Source of the DNA: Squalus acanthias
Lineage: Eukaryota
Direction of reading: 5' to 3'
Length of the DNA stretch: 64,000 nucleotides
Assembly (NCBI GenBank): GCA_030390025.1
Contig: JASTWF010000348.1
Span: 186,001 to 250,000, forward strand
Numbering within the stretch: position 1 is the first letter of the stretch; every line of letters begins with the position of its first letter. Position numbers and translations under genes: made by a program. This document shows positions 1-10,900 of the stretch, one piece after another. Below the pieces are notes generated by a model. The model searched no databases, was not told where the DNA came from, and saw only the letters and a list, made by a program, of their open reading frames with translations.

Positions 1-185
1 AGCACAGGCTAGATACAGAGTAAAGCTCCCTCTACACTGTCCCATCAAACACTCCCAGGGCAGGTACAGCACGGGTTAGATAAAGAGTAAAGCTCCCTTT
101 ACACTGTCCCATCAAACACTCCCAGGACAGGTACACCACGTGTTAGATACAGAGTAAAGCTTCCTTTACACTGTCCCATCAAACA
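1..185. repeat. 67-bp tandem repeat (~2.8 copies visible, continues beyond left edge)
   Basis: Unit AGCACGGGTTAGATACAGAGTAAAGCTCCCTCTACACTGTCCCATCAAACACTCCCAGGGCAGGTAC starts at 1, 68 and 135. Confidence 0.95.
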
Positions 186-720
186 GCAATGTGAGATGAC
201 CTTGCTGTGGCTGCCGCGAAGCACGAATTGAGGCCGAGTCAATATGTGGAGCACATGGCTTTTAATTACATACTTGTTGGCAAAATGCCTGCTACAACTT
301 CTCTCTGCAAAACCCTACTGGTTGAGGGCGACGCCCGCTCTTTTTAAATTCACACTGAGGGCGACGCCCACTCCTTTTTTATGCGTTTAGGTGGCGATCC
401 GCCACAACCTCATAATTTGTTTTAGTGATGTTGGTTGAGGGATAAATATTGGTCAGGACACCGGGGGAGAACTCTTCTTCTCGTCTTCCAATAGCGGCCG
501 TGGGATCTTTTCTGTCCACCCAAGAGGGCAGACGGGGGTTCGGTTTAACGTCTCATCCGGGAGACGGGCACCTCCGACAGTGCAGTGGCTCCCTCAGCAC
601 CGGCACCGGGAGTGTCAGTCCTGGATTGTGGGGGCTCGAGTCTCTGGAGTGGGGAGCTCGAACCCAGCACCTTCTGACTCAGAGGCGAGAGTGAGGGCGA
701 TCCCACTGAGGCACGGCTGA
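176..720 (-). mobile_element. tRNA-derived DeuSINE (SacSINE1-like), interrupted by a solo LTR at 203-406
   Basis: Reverse complement matches the near-complete copy at 51005-51435 (CTCAGTGG..GAGTCAGAAGG..GTTCGAG head; CTGAGGGAG..CACTGTCGGAGGTGCCGTC; ATATTTATCCCTCAACCAACATCAC). Confidence 0.85.
203..406 (-). mobile_element. Short solo LTR (Gypsy/ERV/TRIM-like), 204 bp
   Basis: TG...CA termini; 4-bp TSD ACCT at 199-202 and 407-410; SINE sequence rejoins across it; minus strand shows a TATA-like CATAAAAA followed by an ATTAAA poly(A) signal. Confidence 0.7.
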
Positions 721-813
721 GACTTAAAATGGAGCAGGCGAGAAATCACCGAAAGGGACAGGAGGCCGCAAACATGGTGGTGAAATTCACAAAGGAAATG
801 GCCAAACCCAACA

Positions 814-1128
814 GGGCAACATGGTGGCATAGTGGTTAACACTGTTGCCTCACAGCGCCAGGGACCCGGGTTCGAATCCGGCCTCGGGTGACTGTCTGTG
901 TGGAGTTTGCACATTCTCCCCGTGTCTGCGTGGGTTTCCTCCGGGTGCTCCGGTTTCCTCCCACAGTCCAAAGATGTGCGGGTTAGGTTGATTTGGCTAT
1001 GATAAATTGACCCTTAGTGTTAGGGGGGATTAAATATGTGGGGTTACGGGGATAGGGTGGGATATGTGTCGGTGCAGGCTCGATGGGCCGAAATGGCCTC
1101 TATCTGCACTGTGGCGATTCTGTGATTC
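814..1128 (+). mobile_element. HE1-type V-SINE, near full length
   Basis: tRNA-like head (TGGCATAGTGG, GGTTCGAATCC), V-domain TGTGGAGTTTGCACATTCTCCCCGTGTCTGCGTGGGTTTCCTCCGGGTGCTCCGGTTTCCTCCCACAGTCCAAAGA, CR1-like tail GATGGGCCGAAATGGCCT. Confidence 0.92.
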
Positions 1129-1315
1129 AATGGGAAAAACAAGGGAGGAGCTTTTGAAAGAACGGACGCCAGTCAGACTTGCCAATGTGGTCAGAGGGTC
1201 GGCCTCCAAAGCAAGGATCTTCGGGTGCCCAGTTTGGGAAGGGACTGAGCAGGTGGGAGAGGAGGAGTAGAGGATGAGGATGAAGCTGAGGAGGGAGAGG
1301 AAGGATGGAGGCTCT

Positions 1316-1457
1316 TACATAGTATTTACAGCACAGAAAGAGGCCATTCGGCCCAACTGGTCCGTGCCGGTGTTTATGCTCCACACCAGCCTCCTCCCCA
1401 CCCCTTCTTCATCTCACCCTATCAACACGTCCTTTCTCCCTCATGTGCTTATCTAGA
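1316..1457 (-). mobile_element. CR1-clade LINE 3' UTR fragment
   Basis: Reverse complement resembles the tail of the + strand CR1 at 3960-4060 (GTGGAGCATAAAC..GTTGGGCCGAATGGCCT). Confidence 0.8.
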
Positions 1458-1876
1458 GTCAGAGAGTCATCGAGTTATACAGCACAGAAAGAGGCCCTTC
1501 GGCCCATCAGTGTCCGCGCCGGCCAGCAAGCCCTGTCTATTCTAATCCCATTTTCCAGCACTTGGTCCGTAGCCTTGTATGCTATGGCGTTTCAAGTGCT
1601 CATCTAAATGCTTCTTGAATGTTGTGAGGGTTCCTGCCTCTACCACCCTTTCAGGCAGTGAGTTCCAGATTCCAACCACCCTCTGGGTGAAAAAGTTTTT
1701 CCTCAAATCCCCTCTAAACCTCCTGCCCCTGACCTTGAAACTATGCCCCCTTGGTTATTGACCCCTCTACTAAGGGGAAACGTTCCTTTCTATCTACCCT
1801 ATCTATGCCCCTCATAATTTTGTACACCTCAATCAGGTCCCCCCTCAGCCTTCTCTGCTCTAAGGAAAACAAAATT

Positions 1877-2517
1877 GAGAGGTCGCACAACACCAGGTTA
1901 TAGTCCAACAGTTTTATTTGAAATCACAAGCTTTCGGAGCTATCGATCGCCCCTTCCTCAGGTGAAGTAAAGAAATACAGACTCGACAAAGCATATATAG
2001 ATAGAGAACAATGCATGTGTACCTTACAATTGCAGACAACTAAATTAAATCATCCTGACTATCTGCCGAGGTGTGATAAAGTTAATCAGGTCAGCCAGGA
2101 AGGTACCACATCAAAGACATAGCAAGATACAACTGAGACAATGAGGTGGAGTCGCAGGGGGTCTAACGTGTCAAAAGCTGCCGTCTGTATGTAAAACGAT
2201 AAGCTGTAAAATTTTTACTTTTTTACTGGGAAAATTTTTACTTTTTTACTGGGAATCACATCTGTGAACCAGCCAACGACGACTCAAGTCCGGATCACGT
2301 CATGTATCGTGACATAAACCCAAGATCCCGGTTGAGACCGTCTTCATGAGTGCGGAACTTGGCTATCAGTTTCTGCTCGATGATTTTGCGTTGTCGTGTG
2401 TTCCTAAGGTTGCCTTGGAGAACGCTTACCCGCAGATCCGAGGCTGAATGTCCTTGACTGCTGAAGTGTTCCCCGACTGGGAGGTAACAATCCTGCCTGG
2501 TGATTGTTGCGCGGTGC
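1877..2517 (-). mobile_element. Penelope-like element, 5'-truncated (GIY-YIG C-terminus + pseudo-LTR)
   Basis: Encodes HRATITRQDCYLPVGEHF..EQKLIAKFRTHEDGLNRDLGFMSRY; flanked by direct repeat GAAAACAA (1865-1872, 2521-2528). Confidence 0.9.
1924..1965 (-). ncRNA. Minimal type-I hammerhead ribozyme motif in Penelope pLTR
   Basis: Minus strand reads UCAC-CUGAGGA-A-GGGGC-gaucgaua-GCUCC-GAAA-GC-UU-GUGA. Confidence 0.7.
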
Positions 2518-3063
2518 AAAGAAAACAACCCCAGCCTGTCCAGTCTCTCTTCATAGCTGAAGCGCTCCAGCCCAGGTAACATCCTGGTGAATCTCCTCTG
2601 CACCCTCTCCAATGCAATCACATCCTTCCTATAGTGTGGCGACCAGAACTGCGCACAGTATTCCAGCTGTGGCCTAACTAGCGCTTTGTACAGCTCCATC
2701 ATAACCTCCCTGCTCTTATATTCTATGCCTCGGCTAATGAAGGCAAGTATCCCATATGCCTTTTTAACCACCTTATCGACCTGTCCTGCTGCCTTCAGGG
2801 ATCTATGTACATGCACACCAAGATCCCTCTGATCCTCTGTCCTTCCTAGGGTCCTACCATTCATTGTGTATTCCCTTGCCTTGTTAGTCCTCCCAAAATG
2901 CATCACCTCACACTTTTCAGGGTTAAATTCCATTTGCCACTGTTCTGCCCATCTAACCAACCCGTCTATATCGTCCTGTAGCCTGAGGCTTCCCTCCTTG
3001 CTTCCCCTTAAATGCATCTACGCTATTCGCCTCAACCACTCCCTGTGGTAGCGAGTTCCACAG

Positions 3064-4060
3064 TCAGTGGGACCACTGCTGTTCACAATTTATATGAACG
3101 ATTGGAATCAGAAACACAATTTCTAAATTTGCGGACGACACCAAATTGGGCGGGGTAGTCAATACTGAGGAGGACTGCAACAAGTTGCAGGAGGACATTA
3201 ATAAACTTGCAGAATGGGCATATAATTGACAAATGAAATTCAGCACAGATGAATGTGACGTATTACATTTAGGTAGGAAGAATAGGGAGGTCACTTATTA
3301 CTTGGAGGGTGGGAGTCTAGGTGGGGTAGAGGAACAAAGGGATCTCGGAGTACAAATACACACATCACTGAAACTAGTGACACAGGTTAGCAAGGCCATA
3401 ACAAAAGCAAACCAAGCACTAGGGTTTATTTCTCGAGGGATAGAATTGAAAAGTAGGGAAGTTATGCTAAACCTGTATCGAACCTTGGTTAGACCACACT
3501 TGGAGTACTGCGTACAGTTCCGGTCGCCATATTATAAAAAGGATATCGAGGCACTGGAGAGGGTGCAGAGAAGATTTACAAGGATGATACCAGAAATGCG
3601 AGGGTGTACATATCAGGAAAGGATGAACAGGCTGGGTCTCTTTTCTCTTGACAGGAGAAGGCTGAGGGGTGACCTAATAGAGGTCTTTAAAATGATGAAA
3701 GGTTTTGATAGAGTGGATACAGAGAGAGTGTTTCCACTTGTGGGGAAGAGCAAAACTAGAGGCCATCAATATAAGACAGTCAGCAAGAAATCCAATAGGG
3801 AATTCAGGAGAAACTTCTTTACCCAGAGAGTGGTGAGAATGTGGAACTCGCTACCACAGGGAGTGGTTGAAGCGAATAGTATCGATGCATTTAAGGGGAG
3901 GCTGGACAAGCATATGAGGGAGAAGGGAATAGAGGGTTATGCTGATAGATTTAGATGAGGAAAGACGGGAGGAGGCTCGAGTGGAGCATAAACGCCGGCA
4001 TGGACTGGTTGGGCCGAATGGCCTGTTTCTGTGCCGTATATCCTGTGTAATCCTATGTAA
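3064..4060 (+). mobile_element. 5'-truncated CR1 LINE (RT FADD motif to 3' tail), with an in-frame stop at ~3228
   Basis: LLFTIYMND..ISKFADDTKLGG, then ORF 3233..3958 CR1 ORF2 C-terminus (RRRLRGDLIEVFK..RNFFTQRVVRMWNSLP), ending in tandem tail TCCTGTGTAATCCTATGTAA. Confidence 0.93.
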
Positions 4061-4371
4061 CCACTCTCTGGGTAAAGAAGTTTCTCCTGAGTTCCCTATT
4101 GGATTTATTAGTGACTATCTTTTATGGCCCCTAGTGTTGGACTCTCCACAAGTGGAAACATCTTCTCTACGTCTAACATATCGAACCCCTTCATAATTTT
4201 AAAGACCTGTATCCGGTCACCTCTCAGCCTTCTCTTTTCTAGAGAAAAGAGCCCCAGCCTGTTCGGTCTTTCCTGATAGTTACAACCTCTCAGTTCGGGA
4301 ATCATCCTTCTAAATCTTTTTTACACCTTCTCCAGCCCGCCTCTATATCCTTTTTCTAATCTGGAGACCAG

Positions 4372-5276
4372 GGGGGAAAAATTCAGTATCGCCCCGTTTG
4401 GGGCGCAATTATCGGCCGGGCGCAAAGGTTAGCGCCTGGCGCTAATTATCGCCTCTGACTGCAAACTTGACTTTTATCGTCCCTGGAGGTGATTGGAGCG
4501 CTAAATCAGGCGCTACACATGTGTCTTAAGGCACTAACGCCGAGGAGCGAGGCGCTACCTCAGATCGCTGGTGAAGCTCATGTGATGTCAGTCAGCAATG
4601 GAACACAGACACAATGGCACCGGCCAGTTCTTAAAGGGGAGGGTCGATCTTGCTTTCCATCCACATCCTGCTCATTGCAGCCTCGAATCTCGGCCTGGAG
4701 AGACCTGTACATCAAATCTGCTGGAAATAACAATGGAGAGGCCCAGGGAAAGAGCTCAGAGTGCAGCCCCCACAGTCTCTTCTAAATCGATACAAGGAAG
4801 GGCAAATCAAAATGAACCTGCAAAGTGCTGCTCAGTACCCAAAACTCCTTCACACAGCGTTGAATCTCTCCAGAAGTCAGTCTCTCTCTCTCTCTCTCTC
4901 TCTCTCAGAATGCGTGGTTCAAAAATGTCGCCAACTAAAAAAGGCAGGAAGCGGTCGCCTTTAAATAGCGCTCCCCCAGCCCCTTCCTGACTGCAAAACG
5001 CTCCCCTCAACCTGTCGTTGCTAGCGGCAGGCGGTAAGGCAGGGGGTGCCACTCAATATCCGCTCCGGGGCGCTACCGGGGCGTTGCGCACTCGACTGAC
5101 GTCACGATCTGCCGGCGCAGGAGATCGTGGCGGTACTGTTTAGCGCCGCCGCAAAATGTCTAGTTAATTTTGCGAGCGGCGCAAACATCGCCGCGCCCGG
5201 GTGCTAGTTGCTTCGCGCCCCATTAGCGCCCTCTTAAGGCGCTAACAGGAGGCGCAACCAACTGAATTTTTCCCCC
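4372..5276 (+). mobile_element. Non-autonomous PIF/Harbinger-like DNA transposon (MITE), 905 bp
   Basis: TIRs GGGGGAAAAATTCAG / CTGAATTTTTCCCCC; 3-bp TSD CAG (4369-4371, 5277-5279); CpG-rich subterminal sequence. Confidence 0.85.
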
Positions 5277-5842
5277 CAGAACTGTTCATACTATTCCAAG
5301 GGTGGTCTGACCAAGGTTCGAGACAAGTTTCGCATAACGTCACTGCTTTTCAATTCTAATCCACTCGAAATGTTTCGTGGCCAGCTTGCTATCCATTCTG
5401 CTCCTTGCCTCCTGAATCCACATGGTCTGACCTTAGTCATGAGCCAACTATGTGGCACCTTATCGACGGCCTTTCAAAAATCCAAGTACATTACATCTAC
5501 TACATTGCCCTTGTCTACCCTTTCTGTTACGTCTTCGAGTATTCAACAAGGTTGGTGAGGCATCACCTTCCAGTTGCAAACCCGTGCTGACTACGCTTTA
5601 TTGTATTTTTTGGTTTCTGTTGATGAAGAGTTTGATAAATGAATTGATGAGGATGAGGAAAGTGAGGATTCAGATGAAGCTGAGGAGGAAGAGTCGGGTT
5701 GGAGGCTGGTGATGAAGATGGGACGAAGAGGATGACAAAGGAGAGGAGCTGAGGAGGACGAGGTTGGACGGAGGGTGTCGATGAAGAGATAGGTAAAGAT
5801 AAAATGGACAAAGAAAAGGCTAAAGTGGCAGGAAGGAGGCTG

Positions 5843-6200
5843 TGTTCAAATCCCTCCATGCCCTCGCGCCCCCCCTCCCTATCTCTGTAATCACCTCCAG
5901 CCCCTGCATCCCACCGAGATCTCTGCGCTTCTCCCAATTCTGGCCTCTCGAGCATCCCCCAATTTTAACCGCTCTGCCATTGGCGGCCGTGCCTTCAGCT
6001 GCCTGGGCCCCAAGCTCTGGAATTCCCTCGCTAAACCTCTCCGCCTCTCTCTCCTCCTTTAAGATGCTCCTTAAAACCGACCTCTCTGACCGAACTTTCA
6101 CTCACCTGTCCTAATATCTCCTCGTGTGGCTCGGTGACAGATTTTGTTCGTTTAATCGCTCCTGTGAAGCGCCTTGGGACGTTTTACCACGTTGAAGGTG
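5843..6200 (+). mobile_element. L2-clade LINE 3' end
   Basis: FKSLHALAP..GGCGGCCGTGCCTTCAGC..CTCTGGAATTCCCT..CTCCTTAAAACC, and tail GTGAAGCGCCTTGGGACG resembling the DeuSINE tail. Confidence 0.8.
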
Positions 6201-6428
6201 TGTCGGGGGAAAGAAATGAGGGGATGAGGGTGAAGGAGAGGAGGAAGTGTAGGGGGTGGTGTGTGTGTGTCAGCTTCACCTCTGACTTCTGAGCGGTTCG
6301 AATCGCTCCCACTCCCTTGGTTCTAGAGCTTGGACTTATTTGGGGGTTGTGACAAAAAGTGCAGCAGACAACTGAGTTTTGATGCAAGAACTTTGATCTT
6401 TATTCAAGAGAGTAAAACACAACACAAA

Positions 6429-7269
6429 GGGGGAAAAATTCAGTTGGTTGCGCCTCCCGTTAGCGCCTTAGAGGGCGCTAATGGGGCGCAAAGCAACCAG
6501 CGCCCGGGCGCGGCAATGTTTGCGCCACTCGCGAAATTAACCAGACATTTTGCGGCGGCGCTAAACACTACCGCCACGATCTCCTGCGCCGGCAGATCGT
6601 GACGTCATTTGAGTGCGCAACGCCCCGGTAGCGCCCCGGAGCGGATATTGAGTGGTGCCCCCTGCCTTACCGCCTGCCGCTAGCAACGACAGGTTGAGGG
6701 GAGCGTTTTGCAGTCAGGAAGGGACTGGGGGAGCGCTATTTAAAGGCGACCGCTTCCTGCCTTTTTTTGTTGGCGAAATTTTTGAACCACGCATTCTGAG
6801 AGAGAGAGAGAGAGACTTCTGGAGAGATTCAACGCTGTGTGAAGGAGTTTTGGGTACTGAGCAGCACTTTGCAGGTTCATTTTGATTTGCCCTTCCTTGT
6901 ATCGATTTAGCAGAGACTGTGGGGGCTGCACTCTGAGCTCTTTCCCTGGGCCTCTCCATTGTTCTTTCCAGCAGATTTGATGTACAGGTCTCTCCAGGCC
7001 GAGATTCAAGGCTGCAATGAGCAGGATGTGGATGGAAAGCAAGATCGACCCTCCCCTTTAAGAACTGGCCGGCACCAGTGTGTCTGTGTTCCATTGCTGA
7101 CTGACATTACATGAGCTTCACCAGCGCTCTGAGTTAGCGCCTCGCTCCTCGGCCTTTGCGCCTTAAGACAGATGTGTAGCGCCTGATTTAGCGCTCCAAT
7201 CACCTCCAGGGGCGATAGAAGTCAAGTTTGCAGTCAGAGGCGATAATTAGCGCCAGGCGCTAATCTTTG
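6429..7269 (-). mobile_element. Second, inverted copy of the same Harbinger-like MITE, missing ~50 bp of one terminus
   Basis: Reverse complement of ~4423-5276; ORF translations 4598..4990 and 6714..7094 are nearly identical. Confidence 0.9.
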
Positions 7270-7720
7270 GCCTGCTTCTGGAGCTGCTGGCCTTCTCGGT
7301 TGAATTTCTTTCTGTTGCCCCCCTCGCCTTGTTGAACGGTCTGGTTCCGAGCTGTCGACCTCCTGGCTGGACACGTCACTGCTTGTTCCTTGAACTGCTT
7401 GTTCCTTGCTGCCTGCTGCTTGTCTGTGTGATGCCTGTGCTTCTGCTGTCCTGCTTGTTGCTTGAACCTGAGAAAAGCAGGCCTTCCATTAGACTAATTG
7501 AAGCCTCCTTTGTTGCGCGCCAAATCAAATCCCGGTCATTGTAAGATATTGGCGGTCTCGTCAACAGTAACTGGTTTGTGAAGGTGTGAAGTGGTTTCGG
7601 GATGGCTCCATCCTGTCGATTTGCCACTTAATTGTAGTTGATTGTTCTCAGGTTTTGAGTTTCTTGACTGGGCCTGGGATTTCTATGGAGTGGGTCTGAG
7701 TGATCTGTTTTATGCATGTC

Positions 7721-7920
7721 NNNNNNNNNNNNNNNNNNNNNNNNNNNNNNNNNNNNNNNNNNNNNNNNNNNNNNNNNNNNNNNNNNNNNNNNNNNNNNNN
7801 NNNNNNNNNNNNNNNNNNNNNNNNNNNNNNNNNNNNNNNNNNNNNNNNNNNNNNNNNNNNNNNNNNNNNNNNNNNNNNNNNNNNNNNNNNNNNNNNNNNN
7901 NNNNNNNNNNNNNNNNNNNN
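7721..7920. other. Assembly gap (200 N)
   Basis: Run of N. Confidence 1.
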
Positions 7921-10900
7921 TGAGGGGAGGCTGAGGGAGGGAGGAGTCCCACACTGCTGAGGGAGGTGAGACTGAGGGAGGGAGGAGTCCCACAGTGCTG
8001 AGGGAGGAGAGACGGAGGGAGGGGAGGAGTCCCACAGTGCTGGGGAGGGGAGACTGTGGGAGGGGAGGAGTCCCACGGTGCTGAGGGAGATAAGGAGTCC
8101 CACAGTGCTGAGGGAGGGGAGACTGAGGGAGGGGAGGAGTCCCACAGTGCTGAGGGAGGGGAGGAGTCCCACAGTGCTGCGGGAGGGGCGACTGAGGGAG
8201 GGGAGGAGTCCCACAGTGCTGAGGGAGGGGAGACTGAGGGAGGGGAGGAGTCCCACAGTGCTGAGGGAGGGGAGGAGTCGCACAGTGCTGCGGGAGGGGC
8301 GACTGAGGGAGGGAGGAGTCCCACAGTGCTGAGGGAGGGGAGACTGAGGGAGGGGAGGAGTCCTACAGTGCTGAGGGAGGGGAGACTGAGGGAGGGGGGG
8401 AGTCCCACAGTGCTGAGGGAGGGGAGGAGTCGCACAGTGCTGAGGGAGGGGCGACTGAGGGAGGGGAGGAGTCCCACAGTGCTGAGGGAGGGGAGTCTGA
8501 GGGAGGGGAGGAGTCCCACAGTGCTGAGGGAGGGGTGAGGAGTCCCACAGTGGCTGAGGGAGGGGAGCAGAGGGAGGGGAGGAGTCCCACAGTGCTGAGG
8601 GAGGGGAGGAGTCCCACAGTGCTGAGGGAGGGGAGAGCTGAGGGAGGGAGGAGTCCCACAGCTGCTGAGGGAGGTGAGACTGAGGGAGGGGAGGAGTCCC
8701 ACAGTGCTGAGGGAGGAGAGACGGAGGGAGGGGAGGAGTCCCACAGTGCTGGGGGAGGGGAGACTGTGGGAGGGAGGAAGTCCCACAGTAGCTGATGGAG
8801 GGGAGGAGTCCCACAGTGCGGAGGGAGGGGAGACTGAGGGAGGGGCCGAGTCCCTCAGTGCTGAGGGAGGGGAGACTGAGGGAGGGGAGGAGTCCCACAG
8901 TGCTGAGGGAGGGGAGGCTGAGGGAGGGGAGGAGTCCCACAGTGCTGAGGGAGGGGAGACTGAGGGAGAGGAGGAGTCCCACTGTGCCGAGGGAGGGGAG
9001 ACTGAGGGAGGGGGAGGAGTCCCACAGTGCTGAGGGAGGGGAGGAGTCCCACAGTGCTGAGGGAGGGGAGACTGAGGGAGGGCCGAGTCCCACAGAGCCG
9101 AGGGAGGGGAGACAGAGGGAGGGGAGGAGTCCCACAGTGCTGAGGGAGGGGAGACTGAGGGAGGGGAGGAGTCCCACAGTGCTGAGGGAGGGGCGACTGA
9201 GGGAGGGGAGGAGTCCCACAGTGCTGAGGGAGGGGAGACTCAGGGAGGGGAGGAGTCCCACAGTGCTGAGGGAGTGGACACTGAGGGAGGGGAGGAGTCC
9301 CACAGTGCTGATGGAGGGGAGACTGAGGGAGGGGAGGAGTCCCACAAAGCTGAGGGAGGGGAGTAGTCTCACAGTGCTGAGGGAGGGGAGGAGTCCCACA
9401 GTGCTTCGGGAGGCGAGGAGTCTCACAGTGCTGAGGGAGTGAGACTGAGATGGGGAGGAGTCTCACAGTGCTGAGGGAGGGGAGACTGAGGGAGGGGAGG
9501 AGTCCCACAGTGCTGAGGGAGGGGAGGAGTCCCACGGTGCTGAGGGAGGGGAGGAGTCCCACAGTGCTGAGTGAAGGGAGGAGTCCCACAGTGCTGAGGG
9601 AGGGGAGACTGAGGGAGGGGAGGAGTCCCACATTGCTGAGGGAGGGGAGACTGAGGGAGGGGAGGTGTCCCACAGTTCTGAGGGAGGGGAGACTGAGGGA
9701 GGGGAGGAGTCCCACAGTGCTGAGGGAGGGGAGGCTGAGGGAGGGGAGGAGTCCCACAGTGCTGAGGGAGGGGAGGAGTCCCACAGTGCTGAGTGAAGGG
9801 AGGAGTCCCACAGTGCTGAGGGAGGGGAGCAGTCCCACAGTGCTGAGTGAAGGGAGGAGTCCCACAGTGCTGAGGGAGGGGAGACTGCGTGAGGGGAGGA
9901 GTCCCACAGTGCTGAGGGAGGGGAGCAGTCCCACAGTGCTGAGTTAAGGGAGGAGTCCCACAGTGCTGAGGGAGGGGAGACTGCGGGAGGGGAGGAGTCC
10001 CACAGTGCTGAGGGAGGGGAGGAGTCCCACAGTGCTGAGGGAGGGAAGGAGTCCAACAGTGATGAGGGAGGGGAGACTGAGGGCTGGGAGGAGTCCCACA
10101 GTGCTGAGTCGGGGTGACACTGAGGGAGGGGAGGAGTCCCACAGTGCTGAGGGAGGGGAGACTGAGGGAGGGGAGGAATCCCACAGTGCTGAGGGAGGGG
10201 AGGAGTCCCACAGTGCTGAGGGAGGGGAGGAGTCCCACAGTGCTGAGGGAGGGGGAGGAGTCCCACAGTGCTGAGGGAGGGGAGGAGTCCCACAGTGCTG
10301 AGGGAGGGGAGACTGACGGAGGGGGAGGAGTCCCACAGTGCTGAGGGAGGGAAGACTGAGGGAGGGGAGGAGTCCCACAGTGCTGAGGGAGGGGAGACTG
10401 AGGAGGGGAGGAGTCCCACAGTGCTGAGGGAGGGGAGACTGAGGAGGGGAGGAGTCCCACAGTGCTGAGGGAGGGGAGACTGAGGGAGGGGAGGAGTCAC
10501 ACAGTGCTGAGGGAGGTGAGACTGAGGGAGGGGAGGAGTCCCACAGTGCTGAGGGAGGGGAGACTGAGAGAGAGGAGGAGTCCCACTGTGCTGAGGGAGG
10601 GGAGACTGAGGGAGGGGAGGAGTCCCACAGTGCTGAGGGAGGGGAGACAGAGGGAGGGGAGGAGTCCCACAGTGCTGACGGAGGGGAGGAGTCCCACAGT
10701 GCTGAGGGAGGTGAGACTGAGGGAGGGGAGGAGTCTCACATTGCTGAGGGAGGGGAGACTGAGGGAGGGGAGGAGTCCCACAGTGCTGAGGGAGGGGAGA
10801 CTGAGAGAGAGGAGGAGTCCCACTGTGCTGAGGGAGGGGAGACTGAGGGAGGGGAGGAGTCCCACAGTGCTGAGCGAGGGGAGGCTGAGGGAGGGGAGGA

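Larger units (their letters stand above)
1460..2995 (-). mobile_element. 5'-truncated CR1/HER1-like LINE (RT C-terminus + 3' UTR), interrupted by a Penelope copy
   Basis: Translation LQDDIDGLVRWAEQWQMEFNPEKCEVMHFG..RDLGV..LVRPQLEYCAQFWSP..LERVQRRFTR; LINE sequence rejoins across 1873-2520. Confidence 0.92.
2996..5600 (-). mobile_element. Fragmented CR1 LINE (pieces 2996-3063, 4061-4371, 5277-~5600) interrupted by a + strand CR1 and a MITE
   Basis: GTAGCGAGTTCCACA continues as CCACTCTCTGGGTAAAGAAG; GGAGACCAG continues as AACTG; ORF 4108..4305 encodes RLGLFSLEKRRLRGD. Confidence 0.8.

Noticed and set aside
814..890. tRNA gene
   Set aside because: The A/B boxes belong to the tRNA-derived head of an HE1 SINE, which continues into the V-domain.
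2208..2253. 23-bp local tandem duplication (also a 12-bp triplication at 44813-44846)
   Set aside because: Ordinary slippage within Penelope copies with no evident function.
2295..3017. 240-aa ORF fusing a CR1 RT C-terminus to a GIY-YIG C-terminus
   Set aside because: Chance in-frame junction from Penelope inserting into the LINE (TSD visible). It lacks both the RT catalytic motif and the GIY/YIG motifs.
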